DNA from: an uncultured delta proteobacterium
Lineage (GTDB): Bacteria; Myxococcota; UBA727; VGSZ01
Assembly (NCBI GenBank): GCA_963775425.1
Contig: CAVZJB010000005.1
Span: forward strand, 32,001-96,000
Direction: 5' to 3'
Length of the DNA: 64,000 nucleotides
Below, in pieces: positions 1 through 10,743 of the stretch. The position numbers were made by a program, and so were the translations under genes. The notes beneath the pieces are model-generated. The model saw only the letters and a program-made list of their open reading frames with translations. It searched no databases and was not told where the DNA came from. How positions within the stretch are numbered: the first letter of the stretch is position 1; every line of letters starts with the position of its first letter.

Positions 1-1
1 C

Positions 2-1948
2 GTCGCCGGCAAGTTCGAGGTGCTGCGCCGCATCGCTGCGGGCGGCATGGCGCAGGTGTTTCTCGCGGCCAGCCGGCCCGGCACCGCAGCGGCGGGGAGC
101 GCGTCGTCTCTCGACGATTACGTCGTCCTCAAGATGATCCTCCCCGCGCTGACCACCGACCGGCGCTTCGTCGCGCTGTTCCTCGACGAAGCGCGCGTGC
201 TGGCGATGCTCGACCACCCGAACATCGTGGCCGTCGTCGACGTCGGCTCCGCAGACGGCGTGCCGTTCATCGCGATGGAGTACCTCCACGGCCAGAACCT
301 GCGTCACCTCGCCGTGGCGGCGAGGCGCCGCCACAACCAGGTTCCGCTCGACGTCGCGCTCGGCGTCGTGACCTGTGCGGCGGAGGCTCTCCACTACGCG
401 CACACGCGCAGCGACCCGGAGGGCCGCCCGCTCCACATCGTTCACCGCGACGTCACCCCGCACAACATCGTCGTCACCTATGACGGGCGCATCAAGGTGA
501 TCGACTTCGGTATCGCAAAGGCCGCTTCGCAGACGCGCGAGCCCACGGCGATCGGCGAGCTGCGAGGCAAGCTGCGCTACTTCGCGCCCGAGCAGGTCCT
601 CACCGCCCCCGTCGACGCGCGCACCGACGTCTTCGCCCTCGGCTTGATCCTCTACGAGCTGACGACGCTGCGACGCGCGTTTCCGCAGAGCACGGAGGAG
701 GCGGTGTTGATGGCGGTGTCCACGGGCGACGTCCCGGCTCCGCGTTCGTTCGCCGCGGACTATCCGCGGGCGCTCGAGGACGTGGTCATGCGCGCGCTCG
801 CCACCCGGCCCGCCGACCGGTTTCAAACCGCCGCCGAGCTCGCCGCCGCCGTCACCACCGTCGCCGCCGACCTCGGCGCGCCCCGCCCGTCCCGCGAGCG
901 CCTCTCGGCGTACGTCCGCGATCTCTTCTCGCGCGAGCTCGAGCGATCCGCGTTGAACAACGCACGACCCGGCGCCCGCACGGCGATTCGCGCGAACCCC
1001 TGGGCGCGTCCCAGCGAAGACGGGCAGCCGTCCACGGAGCTCGTCACGCACCTCGAGTCCGACCCCATCCACGACGCCGACACCGCGTTCGAGATCGACG
1101 AGGACGACACGGCGCTCGGCTACGCCTGGATGGCCGAGGACCCGCGCGACGCCGTCAGCGAAGACCCGCCCTTCGTCGACACCGGGGACGTCGTCAGCGT
1201 GCCGGCCTCGGTGGACACCGTCGACGGGACCGTGCCGGTCACCGAGCGCACTGCCACGCTCGCCTCGAGCGGCACGGCGCCGCTGTCTCGCCCCGCCGCC
1301 GTGCTCGCGGCCAGCCTCATCGCCGTCGTCGCGATCGTCGTCGTCGCCATCGCCGTCTCGCTGGGCGGCGCCGGCGGCGAGCGGAGCCTCGCGGACGTGG
1401 CGAAGACCGCGGACGCCGCAGACGCCGAGGACGCCGTAGACACCGTCGACGCAGGAGGCGCCCATGCAGGGGACGCCGCAGACGCCGTAGACGCCGTAGA
1501 CACCGTCGACGCAGGAGGCGCCCATGCAGGGGACGCCGCCGCCGCCAGGGACGCCGTCGACGTGGACGCCGCCGCCGCCGCCGCCGGCGCCGGTCCTGCG
1601 GGCGCGGCCGCGAGCGATCGCGCGTCGGCCGGGGGCGCCGTGGCGACGGACGCGGCCGGCAGAGCGCGCGTCGCGGACGACGAAGACGCCGGCGCGAAGG
1701 ACGACGGGAGCAACGCCGAGAAGCACCGTCGTCGACCGGCCCTTCCCCCGCTCGCCGACAACCCCACGCCGGCGGCGTCGGTGGCGTGGCTCGCCGCGAA
1801 CTGCCGGACGCGCGTGGCGTGCGCCGACGAGATGGTGGCCCAAAAGCGGGCGCTGAAGACCGCGGCCCTCGACGTGGTGCGCGCGTTCCCCGGCGCCGTC
1901 GCGCAATGCGTGCGGCAGTGCCTACGGTCGCGGGCCGTTACTCGATGA
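2..1948 (+). CDS. Membrane Ser/Thr protein kinase (Hanks type), 5'-truncated by window edge
   Basis: Frame is open from base 2 (VAGKFEVLRRIAAGGMAQV). Motifs VVLK, HRDVTPHN, DFGIAK, YFAPEQ, DVFALG; TM helix, Ala/Asp-rich linker, C-terminal 4-Cys domain. Confidence 0.93.
   Translation, partial: VAGKFEVLRRIAAGGMAQVFLAASRPGTAAAGSASSLDDYVVLKMILPALTTDRRFVALFLDEARVLAMLDHPNIVAVVDVGSADGVPFIAMEYLHGQNLRHLAVAARRRHNQVPLDVALGVVTCAAEALHYAHTRSDPEGRPLHIVHRDVTPHNIVVTYDGRIKVIDFGIAKAASQTREPTAIGELRGKLRYFAPEQVLTAPVDARTDVFALGLILYELTTLRRAFPQSTEEAVLMAVSTGDVPAPRSFAADYPRALEDVVMRALATRPADRFQTAAELAAAVTTVAADLGAPRPSRERLSAYVRDLFSRELERSALNNARPGARTAIRANPWARPSEDGQPSTELVTHLESDPIHDADTAFEIDEDDTALGYAWMAEDPRDAVSEDPPFVDTGDVVSVPASVDTVDGTVPVTERTATLASSGTAPLSRPAAVLAASLIAVVAIVVVAIAVSLGGAGGERSLADVAKTADAADAEDAVDTVDAGGAHAGDAADAVDAVDTVDAGGAHAGDAAAARDAVDVDAAAAAAGAGPAGAAASDRASAGGAVATDAAGRARVADDEDAGAKDDGSNAEKHRRRPALPPLADNPTPAASVAWLAANCRTRVACADEMVAQKRALKTAALDVVRAFPGAVAQCVRQCLRSRAVTR
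1411..1560 (+). repeat. 60-bp tandem repeat (about 2.5 copies) in kinase linker
   Basis: ggacgccgcagacgcc...gacaccgtcgacgcaggaggcgcccatgcagg at 1411-1470 and 1471-1530, plus a degenerate third copy; encodes DAADA(E/V)DAVDTVDAGGAHAG. Confidence 0.85.
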
Positions 1949-2219
1949 CCTTCGGTACCTTCACCAAGCCGTCGTCGTAGCCTGGCCCGCCCGCGACCGC
2001 GGCGCGGCCGAGCACGGGCCGCGGCTCGTCGGCGCGGCGCGGCGACGCCTCCGCGAACGGCTGCGTCATCGGCTCCACGCCCTCGACGTCCACTGCCATG
2101 AGCTGCTCGACGTAGCCCACGACGCGCTCAAGGTCGTGCGCGAGGGCGTCGAGCTCTCCGGGCTCGAGCCGGAGGCGGGAGAGGCGCGCGGCCTTCTCGA
2201 CGTCGTCCCGGGTGATCAC
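1938..2219 (-). CDS. gatC: Asp-tRNA(Asn)/Glu-tRNA(Gln) amidotransferase subunit C
   Basis: 93 aa: MITRDDVEKAARLSRL...VEQLMAVDVEGVEPM...R.DEP...VKVPKVIE, typical GatC. Confidence 0.93.
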   Translation of the reverse strand: MITRDDVEKAARLSRLRLEPGELDALAHDLERVVGYVEQLMAVDVEGVEPMTQPFAEASPRRADEPRPVLGRAAVAGGPGYDDGLVKVPKVIE

Positions 2220-2226
2220 CGGCGGA

Positions 2227-4386
2227 TCATCCCGCGGCCTGGGAGGCGGGGAGGTACATGCGATCGAAGTACTCCTCGAGCATGCGGTGCGTGGAGAAGC
2301 GCCACATCGACGACGCCATGGCGTTGCGCATGATCTCCACCCACGCCTTGGGCACGCCGCGCTCGTCGCGCTCGTAGTACCGCGGCACGACCTCCTTCTC
2401 GAGGACGTCGTAGAGCGCGTCGGCGTCGAGCTTGTCCTGCGCGGCTTCGTCGGGGTTCTGGTCCCGGTTGCCGATGGCCCAGCCGTTCTTGCCGTCGTAG
2501 CCCTCGTCCCACCAGCCGTCGAGGACGGAGCAGCTCGGCACGCCGTTGGCCGCGGCCTTCATGCCCGAGGTGCCCGACGCCTCCAGCGGGCGGCGCGGGT
2601 TGTTGAGCCAGACGTCGACGCCGTCGACGAGGAACCGGCCCACGCGCATGTCGTAGTCCTCGATGACGAACACGCGCCCGCGGAAGCGCTCGCTGCGCGA
2701 CCTCCGGAACAGCTCGGCGATGACCTTCTGTCCGGGGCGGTCGGCGGGGTGCGCCTTGCCGGCGAAGATGATCTGCACCGGGCGCTCCTTGTTCCACACC
2801 AGCCGCGCGAGGCGCTCCTCGTCGTGGAACAGCAGGTGCGCGCGCTTGTACGTCGCGAAGCGCCGCGCGAAGCCGAGCGTGAGCGTGCCCTGGTCGAAGA
2901 AGGTCTCGAGCTCGCCGAGCACGTCGGGCCCCTCGCCCTGCCGGGACAACATCTTGCGCAGCCGCCCGCGCAAGAAGAAGAACAGCTCGAGCTTCTGGCG
3001 CAGGTGCCCCTCCCAGAGCTTCTGCTCCTCGATGCCGGCGATGTGCTCCTTGAGCTTGCCGCTCGACTCCTCCTGCGTGAGGTCCTCGAGGGAGATGTGC
3101 ATGTCCTCGCACAACCAGCGCAGGCTCTGCCCGAGCCAACTGCCCATGTGCACGCCGTTGGTGACGCCGAGGATCTCGCGGCCCCCGGTGACGGCCTTCC
3201 ACGTGGAGTTGGCGGTGCGCGCGTGGAGCTGGGACACGGCGTTGGAGGCCGTGGACATGCGAAGCGAAAACGCCGTCATGTCGAAGACGTTGGGGTCGGC
3301 GTGCTCGCCGCGCCCGAGCTCGAGGACGCGCTCGATGTCCACGGGGCTCTGGTCCAGGAGCGGCTTGGTCAGCCGCCGCACGAGGTTGGCGTCGAACTTC
3401 TCGTTGCCCGCGCTGACCGGCGTGTGGATGGTGAACACGGCGGAGCCGCGCACCTTCTCGAGGGCGGTCTCGTAGGGAACGCCCGCGCGCGTCATCTCGC
3501 GGAGGCGCTCGACGATCATGAACGCCGAGTGCCCCTCGTTGAGGTGCCACACCGACGGCTCGATGCCGAGCGCGCGCAGCGCGCGGACGCCGCCGATGCC
3601 GAGGACCAGCTCCTGATGCAGGCGCATGTCGCGCCCGCGCACGTACAGCTGCGCGGTGATGGAGCGGTCGGCCCAGGCGTTCTCGGCGGTGTCGGTGTCG
3701 AGGAGCAGGAGGGGCACGCGGCCGACGCGAGCCACCCAGACCGCCACGCGCACGTTGCGGCCCGGCAGCTCGACGGTGATCTCGAGCGGCCGACCGGAGC
3801 GCGGGTCCTCGACGCGCGACAGCGGCGCCTTGTCGGGCTCGAGCATCGGGTAGGCGTGCTCTTGCATGCCCTCGGCGTCGATGGTCTGCCGGAAGTAGCC
3901 CTGCCGGTACAAGAGGCCGACGGCGACGAAGGGCAGGCCCATGTCGCTCGCCGTCTTCAGGTGGTCGCCGGCGAGGACGCCGAGGCCGCCGGAGTAGATC
4001 TGCAGGTGCTCGTGCAGGCCGTACTCGGCGCAGAAGTACGCGATGGGGCCGTTCATCCCCTCGGCGTTCTTGCGGCCGAACCAGTGCAGGTCCGTGTCGC
4101 TCATGTACGCGTCGAACGCGGCCATGACCGTCTCGTACTCGGCCATGAACTCGGGGTTGTCGAGGATGTCGCTCCAGTCCGTGCGCGCCTGCAGGACCGG
4201 GACCGGGTTGCGCGCGTGCTGCCAGGCGTGGGCGTCGACGCGCTTGAACAGCGAGATCACGCGGGGGTGCCACGACCAGTAGAGGTTGTAGGCGAGGCGG
4301 CGCAGCCCCTCGAGCCGGGCCGGCAGCGGGGAGTGCACCACGGGGTGCGCGGAGATCTGCGAGGTCGGGAGGTGCGTCAGGGCCAT
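2227..4386 (-). CDS. glgP: Alpha-glucan (glycogen/maltodextrin) phosphorylase
   Basis: LAYNLYWSW, AYFCAEYGL, YSGGLGVLAGDHLK, HLNEGH, FARRFATYKRA, EASGTSGMKAAANG (PLP Lys), LDGWW; start set at ATG 4386. Confidence 0.95.
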   Translation of the reverse strand: MALTHLPTSQISAHPVVHSPLPARLEGLRRLAYNLYWSWHPRVISLFKRVDAHAWQHARNPVPVLQARTDWSDILDNPEFMAEYETVMAAFDAYMSDTDLHWFGRKNAEGMNGPIAYFCAEYGLHEHLQIYSGGLGVLAGDHLKTASDMGLPFVAVGLLYRQGYFRQTIDAEGMQEHAYPMLEPDKAPLSRVEDPRSGRPLEITVELPGRNVRVAVWVARVGRVPLLLLDTDTAENAWADRSITAQLYVRGRDMRLHQELVLGIGGVRALRALGIEPSVWHLNEGHSAFMIVERLREMTRAGVPYETALEKVRGSAVFTIHTPVSAGNEKFDANLVRRLTKPLLDQSPVDIERVLELGRGEHADPNVFDMTAFSLRMSTASNAVSQLHARTANSTWKAVTGGREILGVTNGVHMGSWLGQSLRWLCEDMHISLEDLTQEESSGKLKEHIAGIEEQKLWEGHLRQKLELFFFLRGRLRKMLSRQGEGPDVLGELETFFDQGTLTLGFARRFATYKRAHLLFHDEERLARLVWNKERPVQIIFAGKAHPADRPGQKVIAELFRRSRSERFRGRVFVIEDYDMRVGRFLVDGVDVWLNNPRRPLEASGTSGMKAAANGVPSCSVLDGWWDEGYDGKNGWAIGNRDQNPDEAAQDKLDADALYDVLEKEVVPRYYERDERGVPKAWVEIMRNAMASSMWRFSTHRMLEEYFDRMYLPASQAAG

Positions 4387-4410
4387 GCCGCCGCCTACGT
4401 CGACGTCGGC

Positions 4411-4441
4411 AAAAAGGGAACCCGGCGCAAAGGCCGGGTTC
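4411..4441 (-). terminator. Rho-independent terminator downstream of tRNA-Lys
   Basis: Minus strand reads GAACCCGGC-ctttgc-GCCGGGTTC-cc-TTTTT (perfect 9-bp stem plus U tract). Confidence 0.8.
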
Positions 4442-4456
4442 ACGTCGTCATCATCA

Positions 4457-4532
4457 TGGTGGGCCCGGAAGGAATCGAACCTTCAACCTCCGGATTAAGA
4501 GTCCATTGCTCTGCCAATTGAGCTACGAGCCC
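4457..4532 (-). tRNA. tRNA-Lys (anticodon CTT)
   Basis: Reverse complement GGGCTCGTAGCTCAATTGGCAGAGCAATGGACTCTTAATCCGGAGGTTGAAGGTTCGATTCCTTCCGGGCCCACCA: 76 nt cloverleaf, GTTCGA T-loop, encoded CCA. Confidence 0.97.
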
Positions 4533-4675
4533 GTCGGAGCGACGCGTACACGTAGCGCACGCCGTGCCGATGTCAAGGGGAGCGCTCGCACCTGCCCCGG
4601 GCGCGGCCCGGTTTCGCACGGACGGGGGCCGCGGTTGCCTCGCCCGCGCCCGGTCGTGGAAGCTTCACGGCGAGC

Positions 4676-7600
4676 ATGAGCGGCGACGGCCAGAACCCCC
4701 GGGTGTTCGGGAAGTACGAGGTGATCCGACGCCTCGCGGTGGGGGGCATGGGCGAGATCTTCCTCGCCCGGCAGACGGGCATGGCCGGCTTCGACCGGCT
4801 CGTCATCCTCAAGAGCCTCCTGCCCCAGCTCGCCGACGACGCCGACATGCTCACGCAGTTCCTCGACGAGGCCCGCATCGTCGGCAGCATCAACCACCCG
4901 AACGTGGTGGCCTGCTACGAGGTGGGTGAGTGGGAGGGCGTGTACTTCATCGCCATGGAGTACATCAACGGCGTCGACGTCGCGACGCTCCAGAAGGCCG
5001 CCGACGACGCCGGCGTCCGCTTCCCCATCAACGTCGCCATGACCATCGCGCGCGAGGCCGGGCTCGGCCTCGACAGCGCGCACCACGCGCTCGACGCCGT
5101 CGGCCGCGCCCTCAAGATCGTCCACCGCGACATCTCGCCTCACAACGTCATGGTGCGGCAGGACGGCCTGGCCAAGGTCGTCGACTTCGGCGTCGCCGTC
5201 GCCGCCAACCGCCAGAAGAGGACCGAGGGCGGGCTGTTGAAGGGCAAGCTCGGCTACATGGCCCCCGAGCAGATCAAGGGCCAGACCCTCGACGGGCGCA
5301 GCGATCAGTTCTCCCTCGGCGTCATGCTCTGGGAGCTGCTCACGGGGCGCCGCCTGTTCACCGCCGAGGACCCCCACGCGGTCTTCATGAAGATCATCCG
5401 TGAGACGGTGCCGCCGCCGTCGTCGCTGATGCCCGACGTGCCGCCGGAGCTCGACGCCATCGTCTTGAAGATGACGGCCCAGGAGCCCGCCGACCGCTAC
5501 GGGCGCCTGGCCGAGGTGGCCGCCGCCCTGCGCAAGGAGCTCGATCACCGGGGCGCCCTCGAGACCGAGCCGTCGGACGCCGTGCGCGGGCTCGTCGGCG
5601 CGCAGCTCGCGGCCCGCGTCCGCGACCTCACGCCGGCGCCCGTGAAGATCCTCGGCATCGCCTTCGACGCCGACAAGCATGCGGCGTCGGCGAACTTCTG
5701 CCGCTCCTGTGGCGCCCAGGCCGTGAAGGGTGATCGCTTCTGCCGCAGTTGCGGCACCCCGCTGACGGCCGGCCGCGGCACACCGGTGGCCTCGCCGCCG
5801 CCCGTGCAGTCCACCGTCCCCACCGCGGCTTCAGGCCTCGGCGGCCCGTTCATCGACGACGACTTCGCGGAAGAAGCCGACGACATGATCGACGTCGCCT
5901 TCGACGACAGCACCGGGCCCTCCGAGGCGGCGTCGTGCATCGGCGTCGTGGACCTCACCGACGGCGTCGGCTCCCGCGCCGCGCCCGAGAGCATGCTGCG
6001 CGCGGTGTTCGCGCACGCGGAGGAGCTCGCGTCGCGCTTCGGCGGCACGGTGACCACCGAGGGGTCGCGCATCGTCGCCTCCTTCTCCGGCAACGGCCGC
6101 GCCGCCCGCAGCAGCATCGCGTTCGCCCGGCGCGCCGGGGTGCTCGCCACGCGCGCCCATCGCGATCTGCGCATGCGCGCGGGCGTGGGCGCGGCGCCGG
6201 GCATCGCGCACGGCGACACCAGCGCGCGGGAGGACGCCGAGCGCGCCGTCAACCGCGCCCGCTCCGGCACGGTCCTGGTCAGCGCGCGCGCCCGGCGGCT
6301 CGCCAACGTCGCGCAGGCGTACGGACCGGCGATCACCATCCCGGCGGCCACCAACCAACGCGAGGAGCTCGTGGTCCACGAGCTCCCGCCGCCGCCGCGG
6401 ATGGCCGGGCGCGCCGGCGAGCGCATCGTCGTCGAGCAGGCGGTGGCGGCCGCCGACGTCGCGCGCGCACAGCAGCACCTGATCCTCGGCGAGGCGGGGC
6501 TCGGCAAGACCACGCTCCTCGACGTCATCGACGCCGAGGCCCGCGACCGCGGCTTCGTGATCGCGCGCGCCCGGTGCGGCCGCGCCCGCGGCGCCCTGCG
6601 CTACGACGTCATCCGCCAGATCGTGAAGAGCGCGTGCCTCGAGATGCACGCGGTCACCGGCAGCGAGGCGCCGTGGCATCAGGCGCTCGACGGCCTCTCG
6701 CTGCTGCCCGCCGACCGCGCGCGCATCGTCGCGCTCGTCGACGACGAGCCGCACGAGGACGAGGCGGTGCCCCTGTCGCGCCGTCGGCTCTTGCTGCGGG
6801 CGGCGCTCCTCGGGTTCTTCGCGGCGCTCGCAGCGCGCAAGGGCCTGTGCGTCCTCGTCGACGACGTGCACAAGGGCGACGCGTCGTCGCTCGAGCTGCT
6901 GGCGGAGATCGCTGCCCGGCTGCACGCGTCGCGCTTCGCGGTCTTCGGCACGAGCCGGCCGATGCAGGGGGAGCGCGTCCTGCCGCTCGCGCGCCGGGTG
7001 GTGCTCGAGCCGCTCGAGCCCAAGGAGGCTGCGCAGGTCGCTTCGTTCGCGGTGGGCGGCGCGCTCGACGACGGCGTCGCCGACCTCATCGCCGAGCACT
7101 CGGGCGGAAACGCCCTCGTGGCGTCGCTCCTCGCCCGCCACCTCGTGGCGATGAAGCTCCTGTCGGTGTCGCACGGCGGCGTGCGGGCGAGCCCGGACCT
7201 CGCGCACTACCCGCTGCCGCCGACGCTCGAGGTGTTGCTGTTCGCCGCGCACGCGCTGCTGCCGCCGACCGTCCTGGCGCGCGACGCCCTCGTCGCCGGC
7301 GCGCAGATCGGGTGCGTGTTCGACGCGGACGAGGTCGCGATCATGCTCGGCGCGGAGGCGCCCGCGGTGCGGGAAGCGCTCTCGGCGTGCGCGCAGCAGG
7401 GCGCGCTCGTCGACGAGGGCGCCGGGCGCTTCTCGTTCCCCTCGCTGTCCGAGCGGGAGATCGTCGCGGCGCGCGCCGACCCCGCCGTGGCGCGCACGTG
7501 GCACGAGCGCCTGGCAGGGGCCCTCGAAGAGCGCGCGCAACACAAGGGCCGCAAGGCCGTCGAGCTCGAGGAGCGGCTGGTGCTTCACTGGGTCGCCGCC

Positions 7601-8533
7601 GACGACAGGGCCCGCGCCGCGGTCGCCGCCGAGAACGCCGCGGACGGCTGGGCGCGCCTCGGCGCCGCCGACGCCACGGCCGAGTACTACCGGCGCGCGC
7701 TGCACACGCAGTGGAAGTCGTTGGCGGCGCACCCGGCGAGCGACGTCGTCGACGAGAGCTGGGCCAAGGCGGCGCTCGGGCTCGCCGCGCGCGCGACGCT
7801 CGTCGTCGGCGAGGTCGACGCCGCCGGCGCCGTGGACCTCGGCATGCCCATCGTCCGGGCGCTGCCCACGCAGGCGGCGGTGAGCGAGCGTGTCGAGGCG
7901 CTGCGCGCGCGGGCGACCCTGCTCCTGCGGCTGCGGCGCCCCGACGAAGCGGAGGCCGTCCTCGACGAGGCCATCGACGGCTTCGCCGCCGTGGGCGGCC
8001 CCGAGCTGACGTCGTCGCTCCTGGTGGACGTGGCGGCTGTGTTGGAGCAGGCGGGCAACGTCGACGCCGCCCGCGTGCAGTTGCAGGAGGCCCTGCGCAT
8101 CATGGGGCCCGCCCCGGGCGCTCGCTCGCTCGACGCGCTCCTGGCGCTCGGCCGGCTGCACTTGCGAATGCGCGACAGCGCCAACGCGCGCGAGGTCCTC
8201 GTGCGCGCCGTCAGTGACGCCGAGAAGCTCGGGCAGGCGCCCGGCCGCATCGACGCGCTCGCGGCGTTCGCTGCTCTCGAGCACGCGGACAACCACCCGC
8301 AGCGGGCGCTCACGGCGCTCGAAGAGGCCACCCGCATCGCCGCCGACGCCGGCGACAGCGTCGCCGAAGCGCGGCTGCGCCAGCAGATCGCCCGCATCCA
8401 CCAGCAGACCGGCCACTTTCCGGAGGCCTTGGCCGCGGCGCGGATGTCGTTGACCACCGCGCAGCGCCTGGCCTGGGACGAGGGCATGGCGGTGGCCGGC
8501 CAGCTCGTCGCCACGCTCGAACAACGGGCGTGA
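4676..8533 (+). CDS. Multidomain Ser/Thr kinase: kinase, double zinc ribbon, degenerate class III cyclase-like domain, AAA/STAND ATPase, TPR
   Basis: [15 protein letters not shown]; CRSC..CRSC; GEAGLGKT Walker A, VLVDDVH Walker B; helical repeats at C-terminus. Confidence 0.88.
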   Translation: MSGDGQNPRVFGKYEVIRRLAVGGMGEIFLARQTGMAGFDRLVILKSLLPQLADDADMLTQFLDEARIVGSINHPNVVACYEVGEWEGVYFIAMEYINGVDVATLQKAADDAGVRFPINVAMTIAREAGLGLDSAHHALDAVGRALKIVHRDISPHNVMVRQDGLAKVVDFGVAVAANRQKRTEGGLLKGKLGYMAPEQIKGQTLDGRSDQFSLGVMLWELLTGRRLFTAEDPHAVFMKIIRETVPPPSSLMPDVPPELDAIVLKMTAQEPADRYGRLAEVAAALRKELDHRGALETEPSDAVRGLVGAQLAARVRDLTPAPVKILGIAFDADKHAASANFCRSCGAQAVKGDRFCRSCGTPLTAGRGTPVASPPPVQSTVPTAASGLGGPFIDDDFAEEADDMIDVAFDDSTGPSEAASCIGVVDLTDGVGSRAAPESMLRAVFAHAEELASRFGGTVTTEGSRIVASFSGNGRAARSSIAFARRAGVLATRAHRDLRMRAGVGAAPGIAHGDTSAREDAERAVNRARSGTVLVSARARRLANVAQAYGPAITIPAATNQREELVVHELPPPPRMAGRAGERIVVEQAVAAADVARAQQHLILGEAGLGKTTLLDVIDAEARDRGFVIARARCGRARGALRYDVIRQIVKSACLEMHAVTGSEAPWHQALDGLSLLPADRARIVALVDDEPHEDEAVPLSRRRLLLRAALLGFFAALAARKGLCVLVDDVHKGDASSLELLAEIAARLHASRFAVFGTSRPMQGERVLPLARRVVLEPLEPKEAAQVASFAVGGALDDGVADLIAEHSGGNALVASLLARHLVAMKLLSVSHGGVRASPDLAHYPLPPTLEVLLFAAHALLPPTVLARDALVAGAQIGCVFDADEVAIMLGAEAPAVREALSACAQQGALVDEGAGRFSFPSLSEREIVAARADPAVARTWHERLAGALEERAQHKGRKAVELEERLVLHWVAADDRARAAVAAENAADGWARLGAADATAEYYRRALHTQWKSLAAHPASDVVDESWAKAALGLAARATLVVGEVDAAGAVDLGMPIVRALPTQAAVSERVEALRARATLLLRLRRPDEAEAVLDEAIDGFAAVGGPELTSSLLVDVAAVLEQAGNVDAARVQLQEALRIMGPAPGARSLDALLALGRLHLRMRDSANAREVLVRAVSDAEKLGQAPGRIDALAAFAALEHADNHPQRALTALEEATRIAADAGDSVAEARLRQQIARIHQQTGHFPEALAAARMSLTTAQRLAWDEGMAVAGQLVATLEQRA

Positions 8534-8582
8534 CGCACGTTTGGCCTTCGCGGCCGCGCGCGGCTCCGGCTACGCTCCGCGC

Positions 8583-9545
8583 ATGAGCCGCATCTTCGAC
8601 GACAACACCCTCTCCATCGGACGCACCCCGCTCATCCGCTTGAACCGCGTGGCGGGCAAGGCGCGCGTCCTCGTGAAGATCGAGGGGCGAAACCCGGCGT
8701 ACTCCGTGAAGGACCGCATCGGCGCCGCGATGATCTGGGACGCCGAGAAGCGCGGGGTGCTGGCGCCCGGGCGGCGCGACGTCACCATCGTCGAGCCCAC
8801 GAGCGGCAACACCGGCATCGCCCTCGCGTTCGTCGCCGCCGCGCGCGGCTACCCCATCATCCTGACGATGCCGGAGACCATGTCGCTGGAGCGCCGCCGC
8901 ATGCTCAAGGCGTTCGGCGCCGAGCTGCACCTCACCGACGGCGCCAAGGGCATGAAGGGCGCCATCCAGCGGGCCGAGGAGATCGTGCAGGAACGCGCGG
9001 GCAAGGCGTGGATGCCGCAACAGTTCGATAACCCTGCAAATGTCGAAATTCATCGGACCACGACGGGGCCGGAGATCTGGGACGCAACCGACGGCAAGGT
9101 CGACATCTTCGTCGCAGGCGTCGGCACCGGCGGCACCATCACGGGCGTGTCGCGCTTCTGGAAGACCGACAAGGCCGCGCCGCTCGTGTCGGTGGCGGTG
9201 GAGCCGTCGACGTCGCAGGTGCTCGGCAAGATGAAGCGCGGTGAGGCGCCGGCACCCGGCCCGCACAAGATCCAGGGCATCGGCGCGGGGTTCAAGCCCT
9301 CCATCGTCGACCTCGACCTCATCGACGACGTCGTCACCGTCAGCTCCGAGGAGGCCGTGGAGATGGCGCGCCGGCTTCACCTCGAGGAGGGCATCACCGC
9401 GGGCATCTCGAGCGGCGCCAACGTCGCCGCCGCGCTGAAGACGGCGGCCCTGCCGGGGAACGAGGGCAAGACCCTCGTCACCGTGCTCCCCGACGCCGGC
9501 GACCGCTACCAGTCGTCGGTGCTCTTCGAGGGCATCGCGGTCTGA
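8583..9545 (+). CDS. cysK: Cysteine synthase A (O-acetylserine sulfhydrylase)
   Basis: [20 protein letters not shown] (PLP Lys), [27 protein letters not shown]. Confidence 0.96.
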   Translation: MSRIFDDNTLSIGRTPLIRLNRVAGKARVLVKIEGRNPAYSVKDRIGAAMIWDAEKRGVLAPGRRDVTIVEPTSGNTGIALAFVAAARGYPIILTMPETMSLERRRMLKAFGAELHLTDGAKGMKGAIQRAEEIVQERAGKAWMPQQFDNPANVEIHRTTTGPEIWDATDGKVDIFVAGVGTGGTITGVSRFWKTDKAAPLVSVAVEPSTSQVLGKMKRGEAPAPGPHKIQGIGAGFKPSIVDLDLIDDVVTVSSEEAVEMARRLHLEEGITAGISSGANVAAALKTAALPGNEGKTLVTVLPDAGDRYQSSVLFEGIAV

Positions 9546-9561
9546 CCGCGCCCGGCGGCGC

Positions 9562-10659
9562 TCATCGCCGCAGGGCGGCGTCGAGGCCGTCCCAGGGGCA
9601 ACCCTCGACGCGGCGGGGCTCGGCGTCGCCGCGCAGCACGATGCAGGTGGGGAAGACCTTCACGCCGTAGCGGCCGGCCGCGTCGGGGTCGTCCTCGTCG
9701 AGGATGCGGCGCAGGCGCACGCCGGGGTGCGCGTCGAGGAACGCCTGCAGGCGCGCGTCGGCGACGTGGCACGGCCCGCACCACTCGGCCGACACCTCGA
9801 GGATGGTCGGCGCGCCGTCGGCGAGCGCCGACAGCGGCGGGTAGCCGAGCGCTCTTGGCACGATGCGCTCGACGCGCGAGGCGCCCAGGTGCCGGCCGAG
9901 CGACGGACCGCCGCGCGCCACGGGGAAGTCCACCGCGACGGTGAACAGCGCGATGGCCTGCGGCCGGTCGAGCACGTCGACGCCGGCGCCGACGCCGACG
10001 CGCAGGCCCTCGAGCGCCGGCGGGCGCACCGACAGATCGACGAAGGGGCGCAGTTGCGCCCGCGCGCCGCCGGCGATGCCGGGGAGCGCGAGCGCGGCCC
10101 CGGCGGCGGCGTGGAGCCCGAGCGGCAGCGCCCAGCCGGCCTCGAGCGCCAGCGCGTTTCCGTCGAACGCGCTCTCGAGCGACAGCGTCACCGCCGGCCC
10201 TGCGGGCGACGTCGCGCGCACCACCGCCAGGGCGTCCGGCGAAAACGACGCGCGCCGCAGCAGCGACAGCGTGTCCCCCTTCGCCGTGGGCGAGGCCACG
10301 CCGAGCTCCGCCCGGCCCGAGACGACGACGTCGCCGGGGAGCCGCGCCGGCAGCGTCCCGTGCAACACGAGCGCCGCGCGCCCGCCGCTCAGGCCGCCCG
10401 CGCGCCCCGCCGTCGAGAGCACCGGCAGCACGAGCCGCGCGGAGGCGAACGCGCCGGCCACGGGCAGCGCCGCCTCGCCGTCGAGCCGCAACAGCCCCGC
10501 GTCCGTCGACGCGATGACGTCCGCGCCGAGACGAACCCCGCCCGGCATCGGCGCCGGCGGCCCGGCGTCGACGCCGACGCCGCTCGACGTGTGGACGCAC
10601 ACGGGGCAGGGCACGTCGACGGCGACGGCGAGCGCGAGGGCGGCGACGAGGGAGACCAT
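9562..10659 (-). CDS. Exported protein with C-terminal thioredoxin-like domain
   Basis: Signal peptide; SAEWCGPC and YGVKVFPT (cis-Pro loop); N-terminal CPVCVH; amphipathic beta-strand-like middle region. Confidence 0.7.
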   Translation of the reverse strand: MVSLVAALALAVAVDVPCPVCVHTSSGVGVDAGPPAPMPGGVRLGADVIASTDAGLLRLDGEAALPVAGAFASARLVLPVLSTAGRAGGLSGGRAALVLHGTLPARLPGDVVVSGRAELGVASPTAKGDTLSLLRRASFSPDALAVVRATSPAGPAVTLSLESAFDGNALALEAGWALPLGLHAAAGAALALPGIAGGARAQLRPFVDLSVRPPALEGLRVGVGAGVDVLDRPQAIALFTVAVDFPVARGGPSLGRHLGASRVERIVPRALGYPPLSALADGAPTILEVSAEWCGPCHVADARLQAFLDAHPGVRLRRILDEDDPDAAGRYGVKVFPTCIVLRGDAEPRRVEGCPWDGLDAALRR

Positions 10660-10718
10660 CGGCGCGCCCAGCGTACGTCGACTGCCGGCTCCGCGCGCGC
10701 CCCGGCCGCGCTGATCAC

Positions 10719-10739
10719 CGACCGGAGGGAGCGGCCGCG
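10719..10739. repeat. REP-like dispersed motif CGACCGGAGGGAGCGGCCGCG
   Basis: Exact reverse complement of 21 nt within the tandem array at 40514-40623; lies just past the helicase stop codon. Confidence 0.65.
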
Positions 10740-10743
10740 GTGA

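Noticed and set aside
1938-2219. gatC separated from gatA/gatB as a novelty
   Set aside because: Split gat operons are common; position downstream of glgP is likely incidental
4457-4532. tRNA-Lys as the attachment site of an island
   Set aside because: No integrase nearby and no duplicated tRNA 3' end seen; flanking genes are host-like
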